Shown in pieces: positions 1 through 12,613 of a stretch of DNA of 64,000 nt. The stretch comes from Octopus bimaculoides. Lineage: Eukaryota. The number at the start of each line of letters is the position of its first letter. Position 1 is the stretch's first letter. Made by a program: the position numbers and the translations under genes. The notes below the pieces were generated by a model. That model was not told the origin of the DNA. It made no database searches and worked only from the letters and a program-made list of their open reading frames with translations. The stretch lies in the NCBI RefSeq assembly GCF_001194135.2, contig NC_068999.1, positions 24,808,008 through 24,872,007 on the forward strand. The letters are read 5' to 3'.

Positions 1-578
1 TCATCAGCTTATCTTTGAGGCCCAACATCCTGAGAACTTCAAAAAAAAAAAATATGTCTTGGGGTCAGTTTGTCCAATTGAACCCCTCACAATAGTGCCC
101 CAGCATGACTGCAGTTCAATGACTGAAATAAATAAAGACAAAGATAAAAGATTATCTTTTTCAACTGATCCTTGATCCTTTTATTTTCTTATACAAAGTC
201 ATTAATGCTCTAATCCATGCTGAGGAATACAATCCTTGCCAGTCAGTGTTTTAATGATCTAATTATGGATACCAAATCATGATCTTCTTGCTTATGAGCC
301 TTAATTCTCTGCAATGTTTATATCATAGACCTCATAGAACTGGGACTTTTCCTCCTCTGTCAATCCTGCTTGAGGAGCATTTATTCGAAATCTACTTTAT
401 CCTTTCTATTTCTGTTCCCCCGTCTATTTCTTTTCTAATTAGAACATATCTATGCTACATACATACAACTCCTACATTTACCAGCAAGCTTTTATTTAGA
501 AGTTAGTAATATATTTCATTTTGTGATAGTAATTAATATTGCTTAGTAATTAGTATTGCTTGTATTCTATGTTTCTAG

Positions 579-679
579 CTGAAGAATACCTTACATTTGC
601 CTTTGAGAGATGTCATAAAGAAAGCAGAGGGAACAAACGTTTGATTCTTATTTATTTGCTTCCAGTGAAAATGTTGTTG
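579..679 (+). CDS. PCID2: PCID2 internal exon (A)[33 protein letters not shown]
   Basis: ttctag acceptor and gtaagt donor. Peptide closely matches human PCID2 [34 protein letters not shown] as recalled. Ends in phase 0, compatible with the next exon. Confidence 0.95.
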
Positions 680-1688
680 GTAAGTTTACTGCTTTGTATT
701 TTGATAGATAAATGGAAAATGTTTTGTGTTTTGAAATATTTGTACTGTTCAAATTAAAGAAATGTACAGAAAAGCAAACGTTTTTTAAAATGAGGATGAA
801 AACAATAAAAAGATAAGAATTATTCCATTTCCATGATTTTGGCTTTTTCAATTGAAAACCATTTAAAAATAATCTCAAGTATTTCTTCAACGAAGCAATA
901 GTTTCAGATTATGATTAGTCTAAAAGAATATAAATAATATGAATCTGGTGTTCTAGCATGGTTGCAGTCAAATGATTGAAACAAGTAAAAGTATAAATAG
1001 ATACCTGCTTTAAACTGTGTCTTAGCTGTCATAAAAATGTTTTTGGCCGTGTGATAAGAAGCTTACTTCCCAACCATGGAAGAAGTGTGTGGACTGCATT
1101 AGGGACTGTGTGGAAAAATAAACTTCATTTGTTCACATTCTATGAGAGTATTTTTGTCAGCCTGTGAACTTTTCAGCCAGCCCTCATAATTCAGAAAAAT
1201 GTTTCGAGTAGATTCTTTGGTAATGTGTTAGAAGACACAAGGAACTGTCAGTTGCTGATTGCTGATGTGAATTTAACTGACTTTTATTTGGTTGTTGTGT
1301 TGGATGTTGTTATGTGTAGCAGCAGTAGCATCATGCCAGAGATTAAAAGCACTAAGTTCATTGTGGGTCTTGAAGTTTGTGAAGAGTCCGTTACTGATCA
1401 AGGCTAAAGTGTTTTTTGCTCCCCGGAGAGGAAGCTAAATCTCTGGGGTGCAGATTAGGTTATATGATACGGATGAGATCCCAGTGAGGTCAGTAATGAT
1501 CTCATTTGTAGAAATTTCGATGACTGTAGTTGTATGTTATTCATGTGTAGAGAGGCTGTAGTTACAACTCTGTTTTCTTGAAATGTATAGCAATTGTATC
1601 TTTGTGTAATTAAATGTCACTTAGTTGTCTTGTTCTCATTGAGGACATCTAATCCATGCTTATGTTTGTATACATTGTATTTCCCCAG

Positions 1689-1762
1689 GGTTATATGCCT
1701 AAACGTGATGTTTTGGAACGATATGATTTGTTACAGTTTTCTGATGTAGCCAAAGCAGTGAG
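1689..1762 (+). CDS. PCID2: PCID2 exon GYMPKRDVLERYDLLQFSDVAKAV(S)
   Basis: ccccag / gtaagt splice sites; 74 nt, phase 0 to 2; matches PCID2 [25 protein letters not shown]. Confidence 0.93.
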
Positions 1763-2190
1763 GTAAGTATGTGGCTTTTACTGTTGAAGAAGAGTAAAAC
1801 CAATTTTTGTGGGGTGGAGTGTATCCAACTGAAATTCACTCAATTTAATACTGATACTTAATTTATTAAGATTACAGAGATACAAAACTAAGTTAAGCCT
1901 GGCAGAATTTAAATTCAGAATATAGGGTAGTGAAGCTAAATCATCATCATCATCATCATCGGCTCTGTACACCATTTCACTGCTACCCTATAATTTCTAC
2001 ATTATTCATATGTAAGGCAGTAAAACACAGGTTTTCTTGTCTTTGTGAACTAAATGAATTGGATTGTTAGATGAAGCATCTTTTTTTTCTGAAAAAAATC
2101 ATTTGCATCATTTTGAAAGTAACAATTGGAACAGAAGTGTGAATAAAATTACATTGAAGTAAAAACGTAAACATATTTTTAATTTGGGAT

Positions 2191-2410
2191 CATCATCATC
2201 ATCATTTAGTGTCTGCTTTCCATGCTGGCATGGGTTGGACAGTTTGACTGAAAACTGGTAAGCTGGAGAGCTGCACCAGGTTCCAATCTGATTAGGCATA
2301 GTTTCTACAGCTGGATGCCCATCCCAACACCAACCACTAGAGTGTAATGGGTGCTTTTTATGTGCCACCAGCTTGGGTGCCAGTTACATGACACTGGCAT
2401 CAACCACAAC
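2191..2410 (-). mobile_element. RTE 3'-end fragment or RTE-tailed short element
   Basis: Reverse complement of the 63050-63262 tail, starting with (CAT)n. Related copies at 8279-8760(-), 18370-18462(+), 23268-23312(+) and 53885-54120(-). Confidence 0.8.
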
Positions 2411-2671
2411 TATGATTTCATTTTATATTTTATATTTTATATGTAATCAAAAAGAATTGGTACCATTTTCTGCAAAAGAAATTAATAAATTAGAAAATTT
2501 ACATTCCAATTAGTTACACAAACATAAAACTAAACCCTAAGATAACTCATTAAAGTTTAAATTAATCTACTCATCTCTTATCATTTTGAACAGTTCTGCT
2601 AATTGTTTAAAATTCTACTAAATCTACTTACTAAATTGAGGTTGTAAATGTTCTTTTGTTTTGTTTCATAG

Positions 2672-2797
2672 TTCTGGAAATCTTTTACTTCTTAATGAAG
2701 CACTGCTACAGAACGAAGCCTTTTTTATTAAATGTGGAATTTATCTAATTTTGGAGAAACTCAAAATCATAACCTACCGTAATCTTTTCAAAAAAGT
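2672..2797 (+). CDS. PCID2: PCID2 exon [41 protein letters not shown](V)
   Basis: catag / gtaagt splice sites; 126 nt, phase 2 to 2; contains the conserved [21 protein letters not shown]-domain segment. Confidence 0.96.
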
Positions 2798-3636
2798 GTA
2801 AGTGAATATTAACAAAAACCTTTTAGTTAATAGAAAATAAAATACATTCATTATTTTCTTATGTTAAAACGTGATTAACTGTTATTATATGAATGATGAA
2901 CTGAATACTCTTTTCATAACCTGTTTAATTATTTATACTTGTATAATTGTTTGATAATTTGTCTGCTTTTAAAGTAGATTGTGAGTTCAAATAATTGTTT
3001 AATTCATTACAATTCTTTCATTGTCTGTTAGAAATACTTCCAACTACTGTAATTCCCATCATCCAACATGAGGTACCAAAAATTTAGGTTCCATGTTTCT
3101 ATCTAGTTTGTTTGCTTGATTGATTACTACTTGAGTGTCCACCTTGGTTATTCAGAACCAATCGAATATAGTTGAGGTCCTTTTTTATTTATTAATCACT
3201 AATTAAGAACAAAAATTAAAATTTTATTTTTGCTTGTTAAACTCCTCAAGCTGATCCCAATGACAAGGAAATTAAAAAATGATTGGTGCTTAAGCAGATG
3301 CTGTAGCCATCATCTACCTTCTCAACCAGTGAGTGACGATACTCCCTTTCTCTGTCTGTTCCACTGTTGAAGCCTTGGGTAGCGATGGATTGCTCTTAGT
3401 GTGGAGCCTCTACCACAACCTTGTGAGGTCATCGTGGACAGACAATCATTTGATTTACTCAAGGATTAAACTGTTTCGGAACTAAATACTGACAAATCAA
3501 ATGTGATATACAGTGTTTGCATGAGCAGCTTTCCATGCACATTTTATTTTCATTGACATTCTTATTGATACTCTTTGAAATTCTTTAATTGCATTCCTTG
3601 AACTGTTGTTATGTGTAATTCTGTTTTCCATTTCAG

Positions 3637-3703
3637 TTATTTGATCCAAAAAAGTCACCAGCTTCCTATTGACTCATTCACTACTGTTCTGAAATTTATG
3701 CAG
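3637..3703 (+). CDS. PCID2: PCID2 exon YLIQKSHQLPIDSFTTVLKFMQ
   Basis: tttcag acceptor and a weaker gtctgt donor; 67 nt, phase 2 to 0; matches [22 protein letters not shown]. Confidence 0.92.
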
Positions 3704-4581
3704 GTCTGTCTAAAATCTCTTATGTATCTAGACTATTATGGATATCTTCCTGATCTATATTAGTGTGTAAAGTGGTGGGTGACAGTAAATGGAGTGTTGC
3801 GGGATCATCCTGAACTTTGTCCCCCCCCCATGTCTTCCTAGCTCTCCTTCTGCAAACTCCATTCACATTAAATGATCAACACTTCTTTATACAGCTTTCT
3901 TCATTCACATGCATTACATGTCCCTACCAGCATAGTCTTTTTTCTTGCACACTACATCTGATACTTCTCTCAGCACATCTGCACCATGTTCACCTATACT
4001 TACATTCACATCCTACAGAATATGTTCACTTTATTTCTTTCTTGTCCTCTCATGTCCTCAGCCTTCAAGCTTTGTGTCTCGCTATCATGCAGCATTAAAG
4101 TATTATATCTCACTATCATGCAGCTACTACCTCTGTTGGCAACAGAAATAGTAGCTCCCTGAACTTTCTCCAACCCATTCTTACTCTGACTAATATACTT
4201 TCAGAACAACCACCTTCCTTGCTAATTTGATCTGTTAGGTAACAGAAGCTATCAATTACTTCTAGTAAGCCATTTGGGCATTCAAGAGAATCTTATTTCC
4301 AGCCTGCTGCTTGTACAGTCTGTTTATGTTTTTACTATAAGTTTGTTTCTGTTTGTGATTCCATTACATCTTTTGTGTGTCCATAGCTTACTTAGGATAC
4401 AATGTATAGAGATTATACCTACTCCTTTTCTGCATATTGAACTAGATCATCTCCCCGTCTACTTTCCTATTTACTCAAACAATGTTGTTCTGAAATATTA
4501 TTCCTCTCATCAAGACTTCTTTGGCACATCTTTTAAACCTGAATCTCATATTGATATTATTATTATATTATTATTCTGTGG

Positions 4582-5657
4582 TGAGCTGGCAGAATCGTTA
4601 TCACACCAGACAAAATGCTTAGTGGCATTTCATCTATCTTTATGTTCTGAGTTGTTGTTGTTGGTGGTGGTGGTGGTGATGGGGAAGTGGAGACAGTGAG
4701 CTGGCAGAATTATTAGCATGCCAGACTAAATGTTTAGTGGCACTTCATCCATTTTTACATTCTGAGTTCAAATACCGCCAAAATACTTTGCTTTTCATCC
4801 TTTTGGGGATCAATAAAATAAGTTTCTGTTGAACACTGGGGTTGATATAATCGACTTATCCCCTCCCCCAAACTTGCTGTCCTTGTGTCAAAATTTGAAA
4901 CCTTCAGTTGAGCTCTGGGGTCAGTGTAATTGACTAGCTCCCTCCTCCAAAATTTCAAGCCTTGTGCCTATAATCAAAAGGACCACCACTGCTGCTACTA
5001 CTATGCTGGAGAAAATGTTTAGTGGCATTTCGTCTATCTAAGTTCTGAGCTCAAATTCCACCAAAGTTGACTTTGACTTTCATCCTTTTGGGGTTGATGA
5101 AATAAGTACCAGCTGAGCACTGGGATCAATACTTCTGTCATTTTTTATTGTCTCTTTCTTCTTTGGTTTTTGTTTTTTTCCCCCTTTTTTTCATCTCCTT
5201 CCTCCTAATTCTCTTCCTTCAGTTTTCTTCTCCTTGCAAGGTTGAATGTTCTGCTGGTGTTTACTGACATAAAGAGTGCTAAGACTAGAGAGATTATGTG
5301 TATAGATCTGCAATATCCATTTTACAATGATATTTTCAGCAGTGATCTGCTTCAGATATCTCTGTTGCAGATAGGATTCTGTGAGTGAGAGGTGTCCTTA
5401 ATCTTTGATAAATATTTCTTGCCTTTTCCTATTTCATTAAGATGGCAGTGAGCTGGCAGAATTGTTAGCACACTGGGCGAAATGCTTATTGACATTTTGT
5501 CTGTCTTCATGTTTTGAGTTTAAATTCTGCTGAGGTTGACTTTGCCTTTCATCCTTTTAGGGTTGGTAAAATAAGCACTAGGTGGGTACTGGGGTTCGAT
5601 GTAATCAACTTACCCCTTCCTCCAAAGTTGCTGGCCCTGTGCCAAAATTTGAAATCA
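4582..5657 (+). mobile_element. Cluster of tRNA-derived SINE family A copies
   Basis: Repeated gagctggcagaat...gagttcaaattc...gcctttcatcctttt.gggtcgataaaataagtacc with A- and B-box-like motifs. Further copies on the minus strand near 12391-12590, 23975-24172, 29620-29790, 55770-55980 and 55990-56210. Confidence 0.8.
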
Positions 5658-5687
5658 ATATTTTGTTTCATAAATTATATTTTGCAG

Positions 5688-5744
5688 GTTGAAGACATTG
5701 ACAATGATGAAACTGAATGTATTTTAGCAAATTTAATAAATGAG
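5688..5744 (+). CDS. PCID2: PCID2 exon VEDIDNDETECILANLINE
   Basis: ttgcag / gtaagg splice sites; 57 nt, phase 0 to 0; matches VEDVDIDEVQCILANLIYM. Confidence 0.95.
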
Positions 5745-6759
5745 GTAAGGACTTCTTTTTTTTAAAATTCCTAATTATTCTATTTCATTTTCATGCTTAA
5801 ACAGAATTTATATAATCTAATAAAGATTACAGCATTTCTTAGAGTTGGGATCATACATTAAACTTACTTCTCCTTAGAGCTTTCACTTTTTTAAAATATC
5901 AGTCAAGGATTTTGAAAAGACACAAGAATTTTCTGTTTTTATATGTTTCTGTTTTTATATGTATTTAATACTTTTCTAATTATAAGAACACTTTCTCCCC
6001 TGTATTTTTTATCCTCATAAACAGCTTCAAATATCTGTTTTTACCATTTCATTTAACCTTCTTGTCCATATTTATCATTTCAACTACATCTGCACACAAT
6101 CTGGTTAACAAACGTCCCTGGATATATTTACTTAGCCAATATTTTTTGTTATTATTTTGTATTAGACATAAAGTTTCTATATTTTAGAGCAGCGGATAAT
6201 GGGGAGTTATGATATTCATGCTCTTTCTCAAAAGTACTGACTATGAGAAGTAGTATCACCAGAAATTCAAACTAGGATTCAGATTTAACTCTCTGAGACC
6301 TTACCTGTTCATCTTTTGAATTCACTATTGTAAGAATAACAGATGCGGGGAAATAATAGAGCAGCAGACTAAATGTTTTGCATTATTTAGTTTTATTGTT
6401 TTTGTTTTTGAGTTCTGCCGGAGAGTTGAACAAGGATCTCCCCTTGCAGGGACGCCAAGCCAAAATGTTTATGTAAACCTTAATTATATCCACAGAGACT
6501 GAAAAGAATTTATTGTATAGAGTAGAATACTGTAAACCTGGAGCTTTTACTATCAAACTGTAGTTGCATAGTACCTACAGGAGACAGTAGGGTTGAACAG
6601 TAGTATGTTATGGTTGTGAGTTGTACTGCTGCCATATAGGAACTAGAATATAATGGTTGGGTAATGCCTGTTTATAGCCAAAAAAATGGCTGGAGGAGAG
6701 GAGTTCAGAGAACTTTAGAGACATTAGTTAAAGACTTAGAACTAGAGTAACATTTAGAT

Positions 6760-7090
6760 CAGGGGTTCTCAACCATTTTTTATCTGTAGACCCCTTTGGT
6801 TACTATTTTATTCTGATGGACTCCCATAGCCATTCATTGTTTAAAAACTCCTATTTTGCTTCATCCGATGTTTCAAAATTCCTATTTTGCTTTTCACACA
6901 TTAACTTGCATAGAAAAAGAAACCCAGCTGTTTTTTGCAATACATATCAATACTTACATCTAAAGCAAAATTTTTTCAGGAGCCCTTAAAATGCTAATGT
7001 GGATCCTCATTTTACTATTTTGTTATGTTGACCCTCTAAAATCTTATATGGACCTTCAAGGGCCATATGGACCCTGACTGAGAACCACTC
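6760..7090. mobile_element. hAT-like MITE
   Basis: Imperfect TIRs caggggttctcaacc / gactgagaaccactc; 8-bp flanking duplication atttagat / atttagag. Confidence 0.55.
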
Positions 7091-7829
7091 ATTTAGAGGT
7101 TAAATTGAAAGAGTACAGTATGAATATTTCTAGATGGGTTCTTTGAACGTTTGTGTGAGAAAGAGAAATTTATGAGTGAGTGAGCTATCCACTCATGGGA
7201 TAAAATAGTTTTGCTTTCATTTGGTCACATTCAAGTGAAGATGCTGCACTTTTAGTGTAACGGCTTATGCACACAATATAGCTTATTCTATTATCCAGTT
7301 CAGAATATTATCCTTGTAAGATTTTGGAGTTCTTTTTACAAATGCAAACTTAATTACTGGACTTAACCTATTCTCAAAGAAAAAAAAAGCTAGTTTATTT
7401 TATTTTTTCTCTTTTGTCTTCTTGCTCTTCGTAATCTACTCCTCTACAGGGCAAAGAAGGTTCCCTCTTTTTACTGTGAGTACTATACCCCCTGTTTGCA
7501 AGTATCCAAATCATGCCCCCAGTTAAGGATTCATGTGACCTTTCTCATGTATTATTACCCTCTGTGCCCCCACTTGATGCAGAGAAATACACAAACAAAT
7601 CCCCTGGTAAATTTTTCTCTTCTCAAACATCTCAGGACTTCTCTCCAACTTAGATTCCACACATCACCTCCACTCTCATGCAAACTACTACTTTCAACCT
7701 TGATCCACAACCTGTCTCTGATGTTAAGAATACACACCCTACTCAAACTTCTCTCCCAAAGATGGTATTTGTACACTCTCCCTTGGTCTCACCTCTTTCA
7801 CTTGGATTTCAACAAGAATGACTTCCAGC

Positions 7830-8215
7830 TTCTATTGCTGAAAGTTACTCTACAAGGCTCAAGTGAGACTCTTAAAGGAATACTGCTCCCACATTTGGCA
7901 TGCTGCTGCTGTGCACACTGACATCATTTTGGATCATATCCAGAGGAAGGTCACCTAGTCTATTCGCACTCCACCAGTATTGGACACACTACAGCCTCTA
8001 GCAAAAGACAAGTTTGTTTCTTCTCACTGTTTTTCCTATCACTTCTAAATAGCTCTACCCATCTCAGCACTGGTTGGTCTCTTACCTCCACTATTCAGGT
8101 ACTCCTGTCCCATTCACCTCTTCACTTCTCTGTACCCTTGAGGTGTCCAACCACCTTTTCTTCACATTAGTCACTATGTTGGTTTCTTCATTCCTAGAAC
8201 AGCATCAATATCACT
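7830..8215 (+). mobile_element. CR1/L2-type LINE 3' remnant
   Basis: From 7851 reads YKAQVRLLKEYCSHIWHAAA...LDHIQRK, the typical post-RT YKAQVRP.LEYCS.IW motif. Confidence 0.7.
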
Positions 8216-8278
8216 AGTCTCAGAGGCCCTGCAAAAGGCACGGACACTACCCCTTCCATCAAACTCAGCAAGTCGTTG

Positions 8279-8760
8279 TCATCATCATCATCATCATCAT
8301 TTAGTGTCTACTTTCCTTGCTGGTATGGGTTAGACGATTTGACTGAAACTTGTAAGCTGAAGGACTACACCAGGTTCCAATCTGATTTGGCATGGTTTCT
8401 ACAGCTTGGTGCCCTTCCTAATGCCAACCACTTCAAGAGTGTAATGGGTACATTTTACGTGACACTGGCATCAGACTATGATTTCATTTGGCTTGATGGG
8501 TCTTCTCAAGCACAAAATATCTCCAAAGGTCTTGGTCACTTACCATTGCCTCCATCAGGCCCAATGTTCGAAGGGTGCTTTTTACGTGCCACTGACACAG
8601 GTGCCAGTCACATGACACCAGCATCGGCCATGGCTACGATTTTACTTGGCTTGATGGGTCTTCTCGAGCACTGCATATTGCTAAAGGTCTTGGTCATTTA
8701 TCATTGCTTCTGTGAGGCCCAACATTTGAAGATCGTGCTTCACCACCTTGTCCCATGTTT
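8279..8760 (-). mobile_element. RTE 3'-end fragment
   Basis: Same tail sequence with (CAT)n and an internally duplicated segment (cttgatgggtcttctc twice). Confidence 0.8.
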
Positions 8761-8857
8761 TCCTGGGTCTACCCCTTCCCCAAGTTCCCTCCAAATAGTA
8801 AAAATGTTTTATAATTAAATATTATTTTTATAATACATTTTCTTCATTTTTTTCTAG

Positions 8858-8947
8858 AATAAAGTAAAAGGCTACATCTCTCATCAACATCAGAAATTGG
8901 TTGTCAGTAAACAAAACCCTTTTCCTGTGTTATCAACTGTTCTTTGA
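8858..8947 (+). CDS. PCID2: PCID2 terminal coding exon NKVKGYISHQHQKLVVSKQNPFPVLSTVL*
   Basis: ttctag acceptor; near-identical to the PCID2 C-terminus VKGYISHQHQKLVVSKQNPFP; TGA stop at 8945-8947. Confidence 0.96.
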   Translation, partial: NKVKGYISHQHQKLVVSKQNPFPVLSTVL

Positions 8948-10859
8948 ATCATCTTGAAAAAAAAACCAAAAGAATGGAATCTGTTGGTATGGAGTTTTAC
9001 TCACAGAAACTCTAAGACTGAAAATCTTGAAAACATACTTGGATAAAACCAGCTTTATGAAATTCAAGGAGACAGAAATACAGGACAAAACTGCCTGAAA
9101 AATTTGAAGGTTATTTGCAAAAGATAAACATTTTGACTCAAATTGAGTTAACTTTCATCCATTGTATCATAAATTTATAATCGTTAATTCATTTATATTT
9201 CTTCTCTTCTTGTGCATTTTTTTATGGTCTATTAAATCTGAAATCTTGTACAGAAAGCTGAGGTTCCATGACTTCTACTGTGTGTGGATATGGTTCATAT
9301 AAGTTATATTTTGTTTTTTTAAATTCTGCCAACTGAAGCCTTGTGATTGAATTTGGTAAGGTGGGAGTTCCTGTTATGTGTGAAGATGTTTGTGCTTCCT
9401 AACAGAGAGGTGGGAACAAGGAAAGCTGAATCTGATGTGAATTGTGTTTTACCAAAATGTTGTTGTAAAGTGACCTGTGAGTGAACAAATTTCAAAATTT
9501 AACACTTATGCAAAAATAAAACAAACAAAAATCAACTGAGAAATATAATTCAAATTTTATTCTGTTTATGCAACATCTTTGCAAACCAGTGTATAGTTAA
9601 TACACTGACTCTTTTTGTTTCAGACTGGCTGATTCAGTTTTGCTTCAGAAGTGACATGAGTATGTGACTTTGACAAACCACAACAGTGAAATGTATTCGT
9701 TGCTCCTCTGGTTATTTCTGGAGTGATTTCGTTTCACCTACCTCTGAAGTATATTGCGTTTTTGAACTCAGTAAATCTATAAAAGGGTTTTCCCATGTAA
9801 AAAAACTGCAGTTTCTGGTTTTTCAGCAACACCCATTTATTAAATATGTTATATTGATAAGGTTTTTACTATAGAGCTGCTTCTATTGCATAATTTGAAT
9901 TTTATTCTGCATATGTGATGCTTTTGCAAACTAGTGTATAGTTTATACACTAACTCTGAATATTTCAGACTGGCTGATTGAGTTTTATTTTGGAAGTGAC
10001 ACAGCAACAACTAAATATATATGTTAATTTTGTGCTTGTTTCTGGGTTGATTACATTTCACTAACTCTGCAGTATATTGTGTTTTTGAACATGATACATC
10101 TATAGAGGGTTTTTTGCAAAACAAAAAACTGCAGCTTTTGGCTGTTCAGTGGCACACACATTATGTTATTTTGATAAAATAATTTTACACATTTCAAAAG
10201 CTCCCGATGCAAATTTTGTAAGAGTGTTGAGTACAATTATACACAAAAGTATGGAAATGAATGTATAGAAATAGTAAAACCGTTGCAAAATGTGAAGAAC
10301 TTATCAAAACATCCTGAGAAATGATGGATTTTTCTATACAGAAAATATTAAAACTGTTGCAGTAAATGGATAGAGAAAAGGTGTTTAGTGTGAACAGTTT
10401 CAGTTAGCTTACAAATAAGAATTTGTTTAATAGATAGAGAGAGAGAGAGATAGATACCTGCATGTATGTGTATGACTTAAACTTTTATACACACCACAAA
10501 ATTTCATTGTTTATACTGTTCGTTGCCTTTTTGAAAGACATTTAAAGATGTAATTGAGACAGGGTGTTTAAAACTAGGAAACAAAACTTGTTTATCTTAA
10601 TATGAACAAAAGAAAGAAGGCACCAAAATGATCTACAAACATTGTAGTGTTAAATATAGTTTGGTACTATTGAATGAAAAAAATCCTGTTCATTAAATGA
10701 AAATGTTTAAGTGGAAGCAGTTAAAATCATTCTGGGAAAAATTTCTTTTATCAAAATCATTAAAATATTTGAAGATTGAATCTTAATTTCAACTCATCCA
10801 GGCTAAGTTCAACTGCTATCATATATTCTTTTGGAGGTTTTGTTGTTATATAGAGTAAC

Positions 10860-11335
10860 ACAGGATGAATCATGCTTGTAATCTCTGATCAGTTTGAGTC
10901 TCAAATTGCACCATTATAGTATTTACTGACAGAGAAATCCCTGAACTGATCTCTACCAACTCTGGTGTTCTAAGGTTTGGTTATGTTACCCACACCCTTC
11001 CTCCTGTATATTAATGACCTACATGCTGTCACTTCCAACATGGCTCACCACTATTGAAATTAGACCACCTTTCACTCTCCACTAACCTTATGCACCCAAA
11101 TGTCATGACATGCAACCAAAACAGCTCAAAACAAATCTATACTACTTTCATGAACAGAAACACCAGTGACATTTATCCCCACTTAAACGTGGGTGTTCTG
11201 TTAGAACAAACTATACTGCAGTAGATACCATGAGAGGAACACTTGTATTGACTTTTGGTGCAAAATGCACTCTTGTTTATATTGCTAGCATTTTATACCA
11301 TTTTATAAGCCAGTATGAAAGTTTGTCTACCACAG
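10860..11335 (+). mobile_element. CR1/L2-type RT remnant
   Basis: Degenerate SGV..GS....TLFLLYINDL around 10960-11030. Confidence 0.55.
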
Positions 11336-11339
11336 TATA

Positions 11340-11530
11340 CAAGGTGGGTGCTGAAAGAAAATACAGGAGGATCAGTTATGATTTTATTCAACATATTCTC
11401 CTCCCAGATTTACACACTTATTGCAGCAGTCCTTCAGTTTTTCTAGGCCCTATAGAAGAATTTGGAAGGTTGGGCTTCCAACCAGGCTTTCGTTATATCC
11501 TTAAAGCAAGGAACTTTTCAGCAACCCTTG
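11340..11530. mobile_element. Mariner-derived MITE, second copy
   Basis: Reverse-complement homolog of 20775-20988. Confidence 0.7.
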
Positions 11531-12613
11531 TGGTTTGTTTTAACAGAACATTCACATTTAAGTGGGGATAAATATTACCACTTGGTATTAATACAGCCTC
11601 TGTTGTTAATATGTATCTCAGTGGAGACATTAATCTTGTCTCTTTCAACAGCAGAATGACATAATCACTGCACACAACAGAAACACTTGTACCATAATCA
11701 CTCTGAGTTAAGAATAATATACAACAAAACCTTCACAATCATTAATAATTTCTCCTGATGATTTCACATCCTCATGTATAGCCATAGTTTGGATCTAAGA
11801 GACCTGTAGAAAGGGGAAAATTAGGGTAGAATAAGAGCTAGCTGGAGAGTGCACTGTCACAGAATAATAGAATGGCTGTCAGGGTTTAGAGGCCCTATGG
11901 TTTGGGGTGATTAGAGAAGTCTTTGCATTTGACATTCTCTGTGAAAATAATGTTGAAAAGTTGTTTTTAGTATTTGTACAGCATTGTTGATTTGAAACCA
12001 AAGCAAGTAGGAACTGGAACGGTTTTTTTCTGTAAGAGTGTTACATATAGCACTTTATTATTTGAGTTGTGGGTTTCATATCAGCTCTGATCAAAAACAT
12101 TCCAGCTTTGACCATCCTATCTATTTCTATTTTCTTTTCCAGATGTAGTGTGTGAATAATGTAGGACTATATCATTTACTGTCTTTCCTTTTTTAAGGTG
12201 GGAAGTGTGATATAAGAAGAATTAGCCATTATTCCGATTGTGTACAAGTTGTCTCATTAGTTCATATTGTTTGAATAGTGTTTAGTGATATGACACACAG
12301 TTAGTGGTATTCCTCTTTGAATATTGGTGATATTAGGTGACTTCAAAACTCTGAAGATGATCTCTTTGACTTTATATGAAATATTAGTTTCAAAGTTTGG
12401 CACAAGGCCAGCAATTTTGGAGGAGGGGATAAGTCGATTACATTGATTCCAGTGCTCAACTGGTACTTATTTTATTGACTCCAAAAATATGAAAGGAAAA
12501 GTTGACTTCAGCAGAATTTGAGCTTAGAATGTGAAGATGGACAAAATACTGCCTGGCATACTAATGATTCTGCTAGTTAACCACCTTAAATTTATATGAA
12601 ATATTAACAATGC

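Noticed and set aside
1225-1560. Possible intronic snoRNA or ORF in a PCID2 intron
   Set aside because: No convincing C/D or H/ACA boxes with a terminal stem; more likely an antisense LINE endonuclease relic.
9515-9520. AATAAA as the PCID2 poly(A) signal
   Set aside because: The hexamer is too frequent in this AT-rich DNA to call without 3'-end data.
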